From the NCBI GenBank assembly GCA_963812605.1, contig CAWEWF010000014.1, positions 819,438 through 883,437 on the forward strand: 64,000 bases of DNA. Direction: 5' to 3'. The translations under genes and the position numbers were made by a program. Origin of the DNA: an uncultured Verrucomicrobiae bacterium. Lineage in GTDB: Bacteria; Verrucomicrobiota; Verrucomicrobiia; Palsa-1439. This document shows, in pieces, positions 33,201-41,935 of the stretch; the stretch's first letter is position 1; each line of letters starts with the position of its first letter. The notes under the pieces were generated by a model. It was not told the origin of the DNA. It searched no databases and saw only the letters and a list, made by a program, of their open reading frames with translations.

Positions 33201-34656
33201 GGGTGCTTACGCTCGTGCCGAGGCCGACCCCTCCGATCAAGCTTACGTTTCCCGTTCCCGAAATTGTCACTGTATTGGTTGAGTGTCCTCCCTTGCCGCC
33301 AATGCCCATACACAAGTTATTCGCCCCTCCCGTGGCCGGCGCGGTCGCCGTAAGAGTACCGCCGGAAATATAAAGGACCGTGTTGCCGCCAGGGTCCGTC
33401 CCGGCATTGGCATTGTCATTCAGGCTAACAGTCAATCCGTTGACGTTTACCGACCCGCTGTTGCTGAGGTAAAATAGAAATGCCGAATTGGTGCCGCCTT
33501 GCGCCTGCCCAATACGCCAACGGTTGACGCCAACCACGGTGAAAGACCCGCCCGACATATTGTAGAACCCGTAGTTGGTTCCTGTGCTCGGGGTATCCGA
33601 CCCCATCTTCAGGTTCTGGCTAACCGTAATGGAACCGCCATTCTGGTTCAGAACCCCCACCGTGTTCACAAAATTGCCAATGAAAATATTTTGAACGCTG
33701 GTTCCGGGAAGATTGACGAACGCGCCAGGAAGGACATTAACGACCCCAATCGGAGTCCCATTTGGCCCACCCACACCAAGCCCGGCGTTAGCGGCCGTAG
33801 CACCGCTATTTTGGAAGGTACCGGTAAGATTAAACGTGCCGTTACTCACAATGAGCAAGCCAGTGCCGGTATCGTTCCCGCTCAGCGTCAGGGTTCCCGC
33901 GCCCACTTTGGTAAGCGTGAATGTGCCGCCGCCGTTTGCCAAGGTGTTGCTGATCGTCGTACTGCCCGAACCACCAACAAAAAGATTCTTGATGCCTGCA
34001 GCTCCGCCGGTGCCGCCCGTGATTCCGCCCGTGAGCGTCAACAACTGACCGGAATTGTTCGCAAGATTGTAAGTACCGGCGGGCGCATTCGTGCCGAGGG
34101 TGAGGCTGGCGTTAACCAACTCTGGTTTGATGACTGTTGAGTTCACAGTGATGACACCATTGCTCTGTAAGGTAAGCGTCTCGCTGCCCGCCGCCCCGAT
34201 ACCTATCGTGTACGCTGCCGCACCGGACGTATCGAAGACGATGTTGCCGATGCTAACACCGGCCGAGAGATCGATGTTTGTATTGCCACTACCGGCGTTG
34301 CTGAATGTCGCCGTATCGTTGACGCCCGGGACCGGCGCTGCGGTCCAATCGTTAACGTTCGACCAGATCGCGTCCGCAGTCCCGGTCCACGTCGCACTTG
34401 CCGCACGCGAAGTGGCCGGCACAGCCAGCGCCGTTACAAGTGCCAAACTCCAGGGCATAAGACGCTTGGCAAAAAAAGATGCGCAGAAAGGGAGATTAGC
34501 GATTCTCAGAGGCTGTCTCACGGCTTCGCTGCTATGATTCTCTGAGTTTCTCTCACTTCGCATATCCGGTGCAATCCGCGTTCCTTCGGCCGATTGACCA
34601 GATCTGAAGGAGCAAGTTGAATCATTCATGGTGCCTCTCCCTACTTGAACTGTCAT
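27298..34656 (-). CDS. Very large secreted beta-helix protein with autotransporter-associated beta-strand repeats
   Basis: Many LTKxGxGTLTLxGxNTYTGxTxVxxGTL repeats; no beta-barrel; true start may be later (e.g. 34458). Confidence 0.85.
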   Translation of the reverse strand: MTVQVGRGTMNDSTCSFRSGQSAEGTRIAPDMRSERNSENHSSEAVRQPLRIANLPFCASFFAKRLMPWSLALVTALAVPATSRAASATWTGTADAIWSNVNDWTAAPVPGVNDTATFSNAGSGNTNIDLSAGVSIGNIVFDTSGAAAYTIGIGAAGSETLTLQSNGVITVNSTVIKPELVNASLTLGTNAPAGTYNLANNSGQLLTLTGGITGGTGGAAGIKNLFVGGSGSTTISNTLANGGGTFTLTKVGAGTLTLSGNDTGTGLLIVSNGTFNLTGTFQNSGATAANAGLGVGGPNGTPIGVVNVLPGAFVNLPGTSVQNIFIGNFVNTVGVLNQNGGSITVSQNLKMGSDTPSTGTNYGFYNMSGGSFTVVGVNRWRIGQAQGGTNSAFLFYLSNSGSVNVNGLTVSLNDNANAGTDPGGNTVLYISGGTLTATAPATGGANNLCMGIGGKGGHSTNTVTISGTGNVSLIGGVGLGTSVSTPGAIDAGRVAILNLNAGGFLQTLNIILGAVQSPIGYLNFNGGTLKALANNANFLAGLTRATMYSGGLTLDDNGAAVTIGQSLLAPTGTGVVSIAVSGATGYTGAPYVRISGGNPTVPATAVANWDGSGTISTITITDPGDGYTSTPTVTLVDGGGAPGTLTATLGTSTSASGGLTKNGIGTVTLSGANTYTGLTTVASGTLRLSGAKLGGSVSVGNSLTLSGSGASTISGSVAMGTGASMNLTNSVAATLIVSNGVTLNNNVLGFSLGGVAATNNIVVAGGSFAASGLNTVNVSAAGGFGTVGNYRLITGGGLANTNAFILGTVPSGPFGFALAVSGGDLFVQVTSSLPPTAFWQGGAGATWNNAADWSPDSTGTNNLSSPPGAPSAVTFATVNAGNFATTLGADFAINTLEFSTASNVTISGANTLTNINGITIDSGAGSVTINANGYALGFNQTWVNNGSNPFIVSSPISGGANGLTVAGTGTTLLKGVSTYTGGTTVNGGTLQLGINGALASAGSLTVNGGTVDISTNTDTIGAVTLVSGTITGTVGVLTSSAVEVQSGAVSARFGGAGGLTKDTAGTVTLTGSNTYTGSTLVKSGALVVDTGGFINNTTFSNVGQNGADVGTMTLQGNASFSETADFNIGDQDASMGTLYISNNATVVTSRMFLGSAFNAGSAAQGVVNQVSGSVTVTGLGDPVFDIGGSMNLTANKGSGTYNLSGGTILVPNAGNAWIGGWGRGVLNVTGGAVTFSNFLYIGREIPNLIGEQEGGTLNVSGGSVIQANPLASTSVGELGTGTLVVANSGQMIVRGNNGLIIGNAATAMGTVNLNGGTLFTTNVNQNLGGTNGASFFNFNGGTLKASGSHSAFMNGLTMATVQSGGAVIDDSGFNLTIGQALLDGGGGGGLTKLGTGVLTLTGTNTYTGPTAVTAGKLIAPATQTSIGAVTVADGASLRVNAANTSQWSPTNLTLGVTTGGTIELNALSNSNVPPLMVGTYTLNGTDRLKIIGGAFVVSNSYPLIHYTTLAGAGTNTFTPPGGMTATLTTITNTIYLNVFNFGTQLWTGSVNSNWDIEITTNWTVNATPSTYGDGGLVQFDDTGSITSVKILSDVVPAGVIISNTAKTYTFSGAAISGFATLTMSGSGLAVMGNTNTYSGVTTINSGTLRLAANNVIPSGSGNGSVLLNGTLDLAGHSNTIGGLTGSGIVDSTVAGTAALTVGSDGSSSIFSGVVQNTAATLALVKTGNGVFTLVSSNTHSGGTTLSAGQLNINNAGALGAAAGTFTINGGTIDNTTSNTITVANNNPQVWNGNFTYAGSVTNLNLGTGAVTLPNSINRQVTVNSSTLTNGVILTNTLTVAGVISGGGSGVTKAGAGTLALLGANTFSASMFINNGTVVVSNIGDAFSPGGVGAGGIINFGAGGVAGRLTDVGPGESTFKQINLADNAGGGAIIDMSGTGLLDFGADLMVGGASAHNLTLEGSGPGTGEVDGVISDYVNGTTTNSTSVTKDGTNVWILTANDNSGMNTYTGESYVRNGTLIVSSLANLGVGGTISFGGGNLAGTLLYTGSGDVGTRILNLRAGGSGGGVIDQSGTGLLQFGPVFDINAAGGQAHTLTLQGSTSGLGAIVGTISDNNNTSSVTKAGSGLWTLSGTNTFTGVTTVNSGTLAISGGGSISNSPTITVSSGGTLDVSGHTGGGMTFVAGQTLAGSGTVKGNATIANGATLSPGGSAATGTLTIQGNLVLNNSSILAYGLGTNSDQTVVNGQLILAGTLNVTDAGGFGPGTYRILSYFSLVNNTLNVGSLPGGFSGTVSNDTVNNRILLVVGAAADPFTSWQTHYYPGGGPNSLGGADPLGKGMSNTNQFLAGFNPTNNAAYLHIISVARTNTTDINVIYLGASGDTSYMGGPSSRTNVLEFTTGTANGSYSSNNFASTGVSNILSGGVGLGMLTNMVDPGGATNTPSRYYRVRVLVP

Positions 34657-34763
34657 TTCCCGTATTGCGCAAACAAATGCAGACGTGACGTATAGCTTTG
34701 CGGTAGAAGCTGAATGCGCAAATGTTTGCAGTTGTTAGTTTATCACTTTCCGGCATGCTGCAT

Positions 34764-34782
34764 AGTCGGCAAAATTGCCGAT
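34764..34782 (-). promoter_or_regulatory. Candidate operator ATCGGCAATTTTGCCGACT (copy 1)
   Basis: Imperfect palindrome; near-identical copies at 38253 and 41556, each upstream of a gene. Confidence 0.6.
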
Positions 34783-34824
34783 GGAACGTCATGACTGCCG
34801 GGTTGGCGCGAGAAGACGGCGACC

Positions 34825-35454
34825 TCAAACTCTCAGGTAACGGGCCACGGCCTGTGCACGGGACTGCACATGAAGCTTGTGGTAGATATGCTCGATATGT
34901 GTATGCACCGTGCCGTAAGCAAGACCCAAGGTCTCGGCGGTTTCCTTGTAACTGAAACCTTTGACAAGACAATCCAGCACGTCCATTTCGCGCGGTGTAA
35001 GATTTTCGGCCGCAGGTGTGACCAGAGGAGTGACACGTTTGAACGACTGCACGACTTTGCGCGCAATGTTGCTGGTCATCGGCGCGCCGCCGCTGTAAAC
35101 GTCTTTAACCGCCGCCAACAATTGCGCGGTGCGCACCGGTTTGAGCAGATACCCCACTGCGCCCGCCGCGAGCGAATTGAAGATGGACTCCGGGTCTTCG
35201 TGAACCGTGAGAATGATAATTTTTGGAAGTTCCATCAGATTGGCGAGTCGGCGCACACATTCGACGCCATTCATGCCCGTCAGGCTGATGTCCATGAGAA
35301 CCACTTGCGGTTTAAGCTTCGGAATTTCACGTAACGCCTCTTCGCCGCCGGAGAAGGCTCCGACGCACTTACAATTCGGAGCATCCTCCAGGATCTTGAC
35401 CATGCTCGTGCGCACCGCGGCATGATCCTCAACAATGGTAATTGTTATCGGCAT
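34825..35454 (-). CDS. NarL/FixJ family response regulator
   Basis: IVEDH, LMDISL, GYLLK receiver motifs; LTPREMDVL...HIYHKLHV LuxR HTH. Confidence 0.93.
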   Translation of the reverse strand: MPITITIVEDHAAVRTSMVKILEDAPNCKCVGAFSGGEEALREIPKLKPQVVLMDISLTGMNGVECVRRLANLMELPKIIILTVHEDPESIFNSLAAGAVGYLLKPVRTAQLLAAVKDVYSGGAPMTSNIARKVVQSFKRVTPLVTPAAENLTPREMDVLDCLVKGFSYKETAETLGLAYGTVHTHIEHIYHKLHVQSRAQAVARYLRV

Positions 35455-35553
35455 ATTCTTGCGCTTCACGGGTGACGTTTAGGATGCCGCAAACCCACGG
35501 GATTGGCTATGGCCAATCGGTCCGACAGACCTGTTCTTTTCATCACCAGACTT

Positions 35554-35678
35554 CTAATCATGTTTCGGCTCAAAATCAAGATAAGCCAAGTTCATATTGC
35601 CCTCGGTGACGATGTGAAGGGTCAAAACGCACACGCCTTTAGGCAGCTCCACTTCGGCCAGGTTGGTCATGACATTCC
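35554..35678 (-). pseudogene. C-terminal fragment of a CBM6-like protein (not in the ORF track)
   Basis: Hand translation NVMTNLAEVELPKGVCVLTLHIVTEGNMNLAYLDFEPKHD*. Confidence 0.55.
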
Positions 35679-35707
35679 TTTTGGATAGGGTTGATTTCAC
35701 CATCACT

Positions 35708-37171
35708 TCACTTGGTGGGAGGCGGGGTTTCGCGTTTCAATTCCTGATCGAGGTATGCCACCAGTGTGTAGGTGCGCTCGTTGAGCTCTTTCATCGCTTC
35801 CAGCAACGGGTCGTAAGGCTCATAACGATTGCTTAAGATGCCTTTGTTAGAATCACGGTTCGAGGGATCAGCCCCAGTGTCGCCCGGATCGTTGTCCATG
35901 TATTTGAACCAATCCCAGCCGATGCAGACTTTCGATTCGAGCAGGCCGAGCGCGAAATTCTCATAGAACCGGCCGCGGTCGCGTTGCGTCTTGACCACCC
36001 ATCCCGCGCCGCCCGTGTTCGAGAGCCCGGAGTCCATGCCCTTCGCATACCACTCGGTGATGAGAACCGGCTTGCCCGCTTCGCGTTCCCACATGGCCAG
36101 GCGATCCACGTCGGGGGACCAAGCGTGATACCAGTTGACCGAGACGATATCGAGGAACGGCCCGGCGGCCCGGAACACCTCTGGATGGGAAAGGTCGGAA
36201 CTGTAAAAACGTGAGCCGAGAAAGAGATGGTTCGGGTCGTATTTCTTAATCGCTGCGGAGGTGATGCGGAAATAGCGTGCCACCACAAACTCTAGGAAGT
36301 CCGATTGATCCTGCGCGGTGACGTCCCGGGTGGTGGCCTGATCGCCGTGACGCGCGCGCAACCAGGTGAGTGCCGCCTGGTGGCCGGGATCCTTTTCTGG
36401 AAGGGCGAGGTAATTGGTCAACGATCCGGGTCTGAAGGGCAGTTCATTGTCCGAGAAATACCCAAGCAACCACGGATCGCCTTTGGCGGCGGCGAGCGGC
36501 TTGGCCTGTTCATCGCAGAAGGTTTCAAAATCGGGATCAAAAACAAAGATGCAGTCACCCGGATAGCCGGTGTGGCCGGGTTGCGAATAAGTGCCGCCGC
36601 GCTTCCGGCCATAGCCGCCCATGAAATTCAAGATGCGCGTGTAAACCAGCGGATGCGAAACCGAGCGAAGCGCTTCGGTGTCCGACCAGGCGCCGACACC
36701 GGTGAAGCCATGTTCGCGCAGCAACGCCGTCGTCTGCACCGCCCAATTCGTCTCGCTGCCGAACTTCGCTTGGAAAGCAGTCTTGGCACCGGCTGTCCTC
36801 AACAGCGGAGCAACCCCGGCGATTCCTTTGTGCACAGCCAGGCCGCCGTCCGGGTCAACGAGCCACCAGCGGCCATCCAGTTTCGTTGTGTGAAAGAATC
36901 CCGTGGCTTTGCTGTTAACTAGGAGTCGTCCGCCATAAGGATTCAGTCCCGAATCCACTTTTTCGCGAACGCTCGCAGGCAAGTTTTCCAAAGTGCGGGT
37001 CTGATAATTTTTCCATTCCGCACCGGGATCCTTAAAAGCAGCCGCCACCGTGCCCGGCGGCGGTTGCTGCGCCGAAAGGTTCGCGGCGAGTGTCAAAAGT
37101 GTGAGGCATACGAGCCTCGTTGCGCCCGCCAGTGCGGCCAGTCTCAGCCAGGGTTGATTTATTGTAGTCAT
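35708..37171 (-). CDS. Secreted glycoside hydrolase, GH50/agarase-like
   Basis: ATGFFHT..DGRWWLVDPDG, PWLLGYFSDNEL, YDPNHLFLGSRF, KPVLITEW; start uncertain. Confidence 0.75.
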   Translation of the reverse strand: MTTINQPWLRLAALAGATRLVCLTLLTLAANLSAQQPPPGTVAAAFKDPGAEWKNYQTRTLENLPASVREKVDSGLNPYGGRLLVNSKATGFFHTTKLDGRWWLVDPDGGLAVHKGIAGVAPLLRTAGAKTAFQAKFGSETNWAVQTTALLREHGFTGVGAWSDTEALRSVSHPLVYTRILNFMGGYGRKRGGTYSQPGHTGYPGDCIFVFDPDFETFCDEQAKPLAAAKGDPWLLGYFSDNELPFRPGSLTNYLALPEKDPGHQAALTWLRARHGDQATTRDVTAQDQSDFLEFVVARYFRITSAAIKKYDPNHLFLGSRFYSSDLSHPEVFRAAGPFLDIVSVNWYHAWSPDVDRLAMWEREAGKPVLITEWYAKGMDSGLSNTGGAGWVVKTQRDRGRFYENFALGLLESKVCIGWDWFKYMDNDPGDTGADPSNRDSNKGILSNRYEPYDPLLEAMKELNERTYTLVAYLDQELKRETPPPTK

Positions 37172-37305
37172 ATTGGCGGAGGGGGTGAACATTACACCGG
37201 TGCGACGCTGGAATTCACATGAAAAAGTCAACGGCTGGCGATCCACCTGATAAAAACACTTTGGCTGCCCGACACGGGCCGCGTGGTGCGGAAAACGCCA
37301 GTGGA

Positions 37306-38127
37306 TCATTTTCGGGTTTTGATTTTTGAGGCGACCGCCACCTGTGGAATCCTTTCAGGCAGGGCAGTTCCCTCGGCGCTGAATGGCGGGAAGTTCGTGG
37401 GAACAATCCAGATCCCGATACTGGGAACGGTTAGATCATGGGGATCAACCACCCAGCCTTTAATGTTAAAGGATCCATCCTCCTCAATGGGAATTCCGTC
37501 AACGTTATGGGTTTTGTCCCACCAGACGTTGGTGATTGCGGAAACCAGCATCAGAACCCTGTAGTCGGTCGGATTGGACAGCCCCAAAACCTGGCCTGTA
37601 ACCGGCTGGTTCGTGCCGACAGGGGGCGCGTCAAAATCAACGCTGGGAACAGTTTTCGGCCCAGTGCGGATGATAATCTTTGAAGCCACCGCGCTGTGTG
37701 GAATTTTCTCAGGCAGGGGAACGCCTTCGACGCTGAATTTGCCGAAGTTCGTGGAAACAACCCACACGCCAATGAAGGGAGCTTTCAGGACATTGGTATT
37801 GTTGATCCAGCCTTTTTCAGCCGCAGAGGATGGGACCGAAAATGTCCCATCGTCCGCAATGGGAATTCCGTGGACGTTGTGGGTTTTGTCCCACCAGATT
37901 TTATTATTTTGAGAGTCAAGCAGAATGACCTCATAGGCTGACGGCGCAGCCAGCCCGGAGACATGGCCTGTGATCGGACCGTAATCACCCAGAGCGGGCG
38001 CCTTAAAATCAACGCTGGGAGCGCAATTCCCGGCAATGGCGGCGAACAGAATGGCAAATGTGATGCAACTGAGCCTGACGTTCCTAGTCAGGAGAAGAAG
38101 GAATGTGAGCGTTGATTTTTTGGTCAT
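37306..38127 (-). CDS. Secreted hypothetical protein made of two tandem ~110-aa repeats
   Basis: PSVDF..WWDKTHNV(H/D)GIPI..DG(T/S)F..IG(V/I)W..TNF..FS.EG..LPE.IP..AVASKI occurs twice. Confidence 0.75.
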   Translation of the reverse strand: MTKKSTLTFLLLLTRNVRLSCITFAILFAAIAGNCAPSVDFKAPALGDYGPITGHVSGLAAPSAYEVILLDSQNNKIWWDKTHNVHGIPIADDGTFSVPSSAAEKGWINNTNVLKAPFIGVWVVSTNFGKFSVEGVPLPEKIPHSAVASKIIIRTGPKTVPSVDFDAPPVGTNQPVTGQVLGLSNPTDYRVLMLVSAITNVWWDKTHNVDGIPIEEDGSFNIKGWVVDPHDLTVPSIGIWIVPTNFPPFSAEGTALPERIPQVAVASKIKTRK

Positions 38128-38252
38128 AATTCTTCGTGGTTGGGCTGAGGGTGGGTTTGACGCTTTTTTCGGCAGGGACTCTGAAAAATTCGTTTGATTC
38201 TGAAGATATCATCGGGGCTTTTTTATTTTGAACTTGCGGCGGCCAGTTTCAC

Positions 38253-38271
38253 AGTCGGCAAAACTGCTGAT
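38253..38271 (-). promoter_or_regulatory. Candidate operator ATCAGCAGTTTTGCCGACT (copy 2)
   Basis: Identical to copy 3; ~125 bp upstream of the 38127 start. Confidence 0.6.
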
Positions 38272-38387
38272 AGGCCGCCGCGGAAATTCCGCCAATAGGA
38301 GAGTTCCGCGGTTGGCCATCTTGGATTTCGAGAGCGACGGGTCTGGCTATGACTAATTTCTCCCACAGCGCCATCGCCTTCATCATC

Positions 38388-41363
38388 TCATGCTGGTGGA
38401 TGTTTCAACGGGATGGTGAATGTCGTTGTCGTGCCCTTTCCTTGTTCGCTGCGTTGCTCGCATTGACCGCCAATCTTGCCCAATCGCCGACTCAGATTGC
38501 CCAGGCCGTCCGCATCTGGCGGAACCTGGTCGCCCATCTGGAATCCCTGGCCATTGTCCTCAATTGTCAGCGTAATCGTTGCCTCCGCGAACCGCAAGCG
38601 CAGCCAGACTTCGGTCGCGTTGGCGTGTTTGACCACATTGTGCAATGTCTCTTTGACTGCCAGATATAGGTGATGGCCCACTTCTGAAGGTAGCGGAAGG
38701 ATGGGCACATCCTCAGGCATATCGAGACGGCAACGAATGCTTGCCGACCGGAGATAGTCCGCCGCGTAGGTGCAAAGATAGACAACTAACAGTTCCAGCG
38801 TATTGTTTTTCGGATTCAACGCCCACACGATCTCGTCCAAAGACCTGATCACCGTTCGCGCACTGCGAAAAATCTGATCAAGATGCGCTTTGGCCTGGAT
38901 CGGTTTGTTAAAATCCTTTTGCGCCAGTTCGCTCAAGAGGGCGATGTGCGTCAAACTGGCGCCGATGTCATCGTGCAAGTCTTGCGCGATGCGCACGCGT
39001 TCGTGGTACAGGGACGTCTCGTGTTTGAGTCTTGCAAGCCTCAGGCGCAATCGCCGGAAGGAAACGTAGCGCACGGCGGCGATCACGCCCAAGGTGAACA
39101 CGCCAAGGCTGATCGCGCGAACAGACCATCTTTCCCAGAAAAACGGCAGCACAAGTAACCCAATGGCGGCTCCGTTTTCATTCCAGAGACCGGCGTTGTT
39201 GCAGGCAGTGACGTGAAACGTGTAGGCGCCTGCCGGCAACCTCGAATAATTCGCGCTGCGCCGGATGCCGCCATCGATCCAGCCGGGGTCCCAGCCTTCG
39301 AGACGGTAGCGGAAGCGGACGTTTTCTGGGGCGACGAAACTAAGCGCGGTAAAATCCACGTCCAATCGGCGATGACCCGGAGGCAAAACAAATCGCTGTT
39401 CGGCGTTCATTTCCGCCGGGTGCCCGTCCACCCCCACGCGCTCGATCAATACCGGAGGCGGCGCAAGGTTGGCGGGATAGCCGTGCGGATTGACCATCGC
39501 CAAGCCGGTGCGCATCGGAAACCAGAGGCACCCGTCCCGACTCCTGGCGGCTCCAGGCGCGTATTCGAAAGAACCCTGCAAACTCGCCAACCCTTCGCCG
39601 CGCCCTAAGAGAAACGAATCCACCCGCGACACACGGCCCTCGGCCACGGCTTCGAGTTCACCCAGAGAAACTTCAAAAATCCCGTGGTCCGCTGCGCACC
39701 AAAGTCTGCCGCTATCATCCGCCTCCATCGAACAGATATACGCGTCTTGCAAACCTTGCTCCTCGCTGATATGCGCGAATTTTCCGTTGCGCAAGAGGCC
39801 CACCCCCGCCCCGGCGTAGCCAATCCACACGCTTCCATCCGCCAGTGCCGTCATGCATCGGATGGGGATAGGATGCGAAAAAGATTGCAGCGCGGTTTCA
39901 TCCTTGAGCGCGTCGCCTTCCACACGCAGCAGAACCCCGTTCTGCGTCCCGCACCAGAGCGTTCCCGCTGTGTCTTCCGCCATCGCGCGTATGACGCTGC
40001 CGATGCGGGGTTGAGCGAAGGTTTGAAACCGGTCTTCATGAAGTCTTTGGAAGCACTTGGGTGAATCGAGCGAAATCCACAGATCACCTGCGTGGTCCAA
40101 AAACAGTGCGCGCACGCTCTGGCCACCCAAACCAGTTCCAGGTCCCAGGACACGGCACTGGCCGTTGGTCCAATGCACAAGCCCGGTATCTTGAGTGCCG
40201 ACCCAAACCCCGCCCGCCCCGTCGCTGACGACACAAGTGGCGCGAGCGCCCGGCCAGCCATCCTGGCTCGTGACGGTCCTCCATTTGCGCTCCGTGTAGC
40301 GGGCCAGGTCGCCGTTTTGTGCGACGGCCCACATCACCCCCGCCTTGTCCTGGCAAATCGAACGCACCCTTGTAACCGGCAACCCCGATTCGCCCGCCTG
40401 CAATTCCACCACGCGGGGACGTACACGGTTCAATCCGCCGCCGGTGCCAACCCAAAGGTCTCCTTGGTTGTCTTCCCCCAGACTCAAGATTTCTTCGTGC
40501 GAAGTTTCCACCTGCTCGAAATTCGTTCCGTCGTAATGAAACAAACCAACGGACGTGCCCACCCAAACCACACCGGTTCGGTCCTCAAATACCACCGTCG
40601 GTTCGATACCCGAACGGTCAGTCGGCAACATGCCACGGAAGACGGCGGTGCCATTCTCGTCGCAATGCCACAACTGCAACCCGGCGCAAATCAACATCCC
40701 GCCCCCGCGAGCGCGCCCTAGTTTAAAGGCCGTCTCACTCAACGCCAGGAGCGGTTGAAAACTTTCGTCGCGGACAACTCCAATGTGCCCCGCCTTGGCG
40801 AACCACACCTGGCCGTTGATGTCACTGGCCAGGGTACATGGCCCGCTGCCGGCTGGAGCCTTGCTGTCGGCGAATCGAGTCACATGACCATTGGCGATCC
40901 GGCACACACTGCCATCCGCGTAGCCAATCCACATGTCGTCTCTTCGATCTTGAGCGATGGCTTGGGGCCTGCCGTAAGAGATGCCATCTTTCGCCGTAAA
41001 TAAATTCGTCCCCTGCGGCGACAGCATAACCGCCAGCCCGCCTTCCAGCGCGAGCCATATCTGATTTCCCTGCCCCAACGACATCACACGAATAAGCGGA
41101 CGGGTGCGCCCAGAGGGATTCGGCAATGCAAAGTCCTGAAAACGAGCGCCGTCAAATCGCGCCAACCCGCTCTCGGTCGCGACCCAGAGGTACCCATCGG
41201 GCGTCTGAGCGATGCCGGTGACGCTGTTGTCAGGCAACCCGTTATCCATTTGCCAGACACGCGCCGACCATGTGGAAATGTTCGTAGTCGCCAAAGCTTC
41301 CATGGCGAACACACACATTCCGGCCAGCAGCACCGCCCACATTCGCGACATCTTTTGCGCCAT
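38388..41363 (-). CDS. Sensor histidine kinase with Reg_prop propeller, Y_Y_Y and HisKA_3/HATPase domains
   Basis: GLPDNSVTGIAQTPDGYLW repeats, FRYRLEG..YSRLPAGAYTF, RIAQDLHDDIGASLT, IEDNGQGF. Confidence 0.92.
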   Translation of the reverse strand: MAQKMSRMWAVLLAGMCVFAMEALATTNISTWSARVWQMDNGLPDNSVTGIAQTPDGYLWVATESGLARFDGARFQDFALPNPSGRTRPLIRVMSLGQGNQIWLALEGGLAVMLSPQGTNLFTAKDGISYGRPQAIAQDRRDDMWIGYADGSVCRIANGHVTRFADSKAPAGSGPCTLASDINGQVWFAKAGHIGVVRDESFQPLLALSETAFKLGRARGGGMLICAGLQLWHCDENGTAVFRGMLPTDRSGIEPTVVFEDRTGVVWVGTSVGLFHYDGTNFEQVETSHEEILSLGEDNQGDLWVGTGGGLNRVRPRVVELQAGESGLPVTRVRSICQDKAGVMWAVAQNGDLARYTERKWRTVTSQDGWPGARATCVVSDGAGGVWVGTQDTGLVHWTNGQCRVLGPGTGLGGQSVRALFLDHAGDLWISLDSPKCFQRLHEDRFQTFAQPRIGSVIRAMAEDTAGTLWCGTQNGVLLRVEGDALKDETALQSFSHPIPIRCMTALADGSVWIGYAGAGVGLLRNGKFAHISEEQGLQDAYICSMEADDSGRLWCAADHGIFEVSLGELEAVAEGRVSRVDSFLLGRGEGLASLQGSFEYAPGAARSRDGCLWFPMRTGLAMVNPHGYPANLAPPPVLIERVGVDGHPAEMNAEQRFVLPPGHRRLDVDFTALSFVAPENVRFRYRLEGWDPGWIDGGIRRSANYSRLPAGAYTFHVTACNNAGLWNENGAAIGLLVLPFFWERWSVRAISLGVFTLGVIAAVRYVSFRRLRLRLARLKHETSLYHERVRIAQDLHDDIGASLTHIALLSELAQKDFNKPIQAKAHLDQIFRSARTVIRSLDEIVWALNPKNNTLELLVVYLCTYAADYLRSASIRCRLDMPEDVPILPLPSEVGHHLYLAVKETLHNVVKHANATEVWLRLRFAEATITLTIEDNGQGFQMGDQVPPDADGLGNLSRRLGKIGGQCEQRSEQGKGTTTTFTIPLKHPPA

Positions 41364-41555
41364 GACAGGCCGATGGTATGCTCGACGCGCACCGCCCGCA
41401 AGCGAAGGAAGACGCCCAAAATAGTTAATAAAACGACAAGGCACCAGCGCGTGGCGGCTCTTTATTCTTCGGCTTAAAATCAAGTTAACGAATCCTCAAA
41501 ATTAGAATACCGGGTCGCATAATCCTCATTTTGCCCGATCGGCCGCCGTAAGCAT

Positions 41556-41574
41556 ATCAGCAGTTTTGCCGACT
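41556..41574 (+). promoter_or_regulatory. Candidate operator ATCAGCAGTTTTGCCGACT (copy 3)
   Basis: In the divergent intergenic region between the kinase and the 41612/41936 genes. Confidence 0.6.
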
Positions 41575-41611
41575 ATTCATTCTGTCTTAATTTCGTTTTC
41601 ATCTTCGCACT

Positions 41612-41862
41612 TTGAGAACATTCCATCTCTTTCTGGCGCAAGTTTTCTGTTCATTGGTTTTTGCTGACATTGCGTCGGCACAACCACTGCCGAAAGTCGG
41701 GTTGCGACAGGTTTATACAAACTTGCAAATCGACCCTCTGGTTTGGATGAGTGAAGCGCCAGATGGTTCTGGCCGGTTTTGTCGTCCGTCAGGCCGGAAC
41801 ACTTCTTGTCTTCAAAAAAAGATTCGGACGGCGGCGACGCGAAGGAATTTCTGAACATCGAA
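41612..41862 (+). pseudogene. N-terminal fragment of a PQQ/glucose-sorbosone dehydrogenase-like secreted protein
   Basis: AQPLPKVGLRQVY...WMSEAPDGSGRF, continuing in a shifted frame as KKDSDGGDAKEFLNI, then truncated. Confidence 0.5.
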
Positions 41863-41935
41863 CTTTACGCCCTCATGCTTGACGGATATATTTATTCAAT
41901 GACTGTGCAGTGACGCAAACTCTAATCTTAATCTT

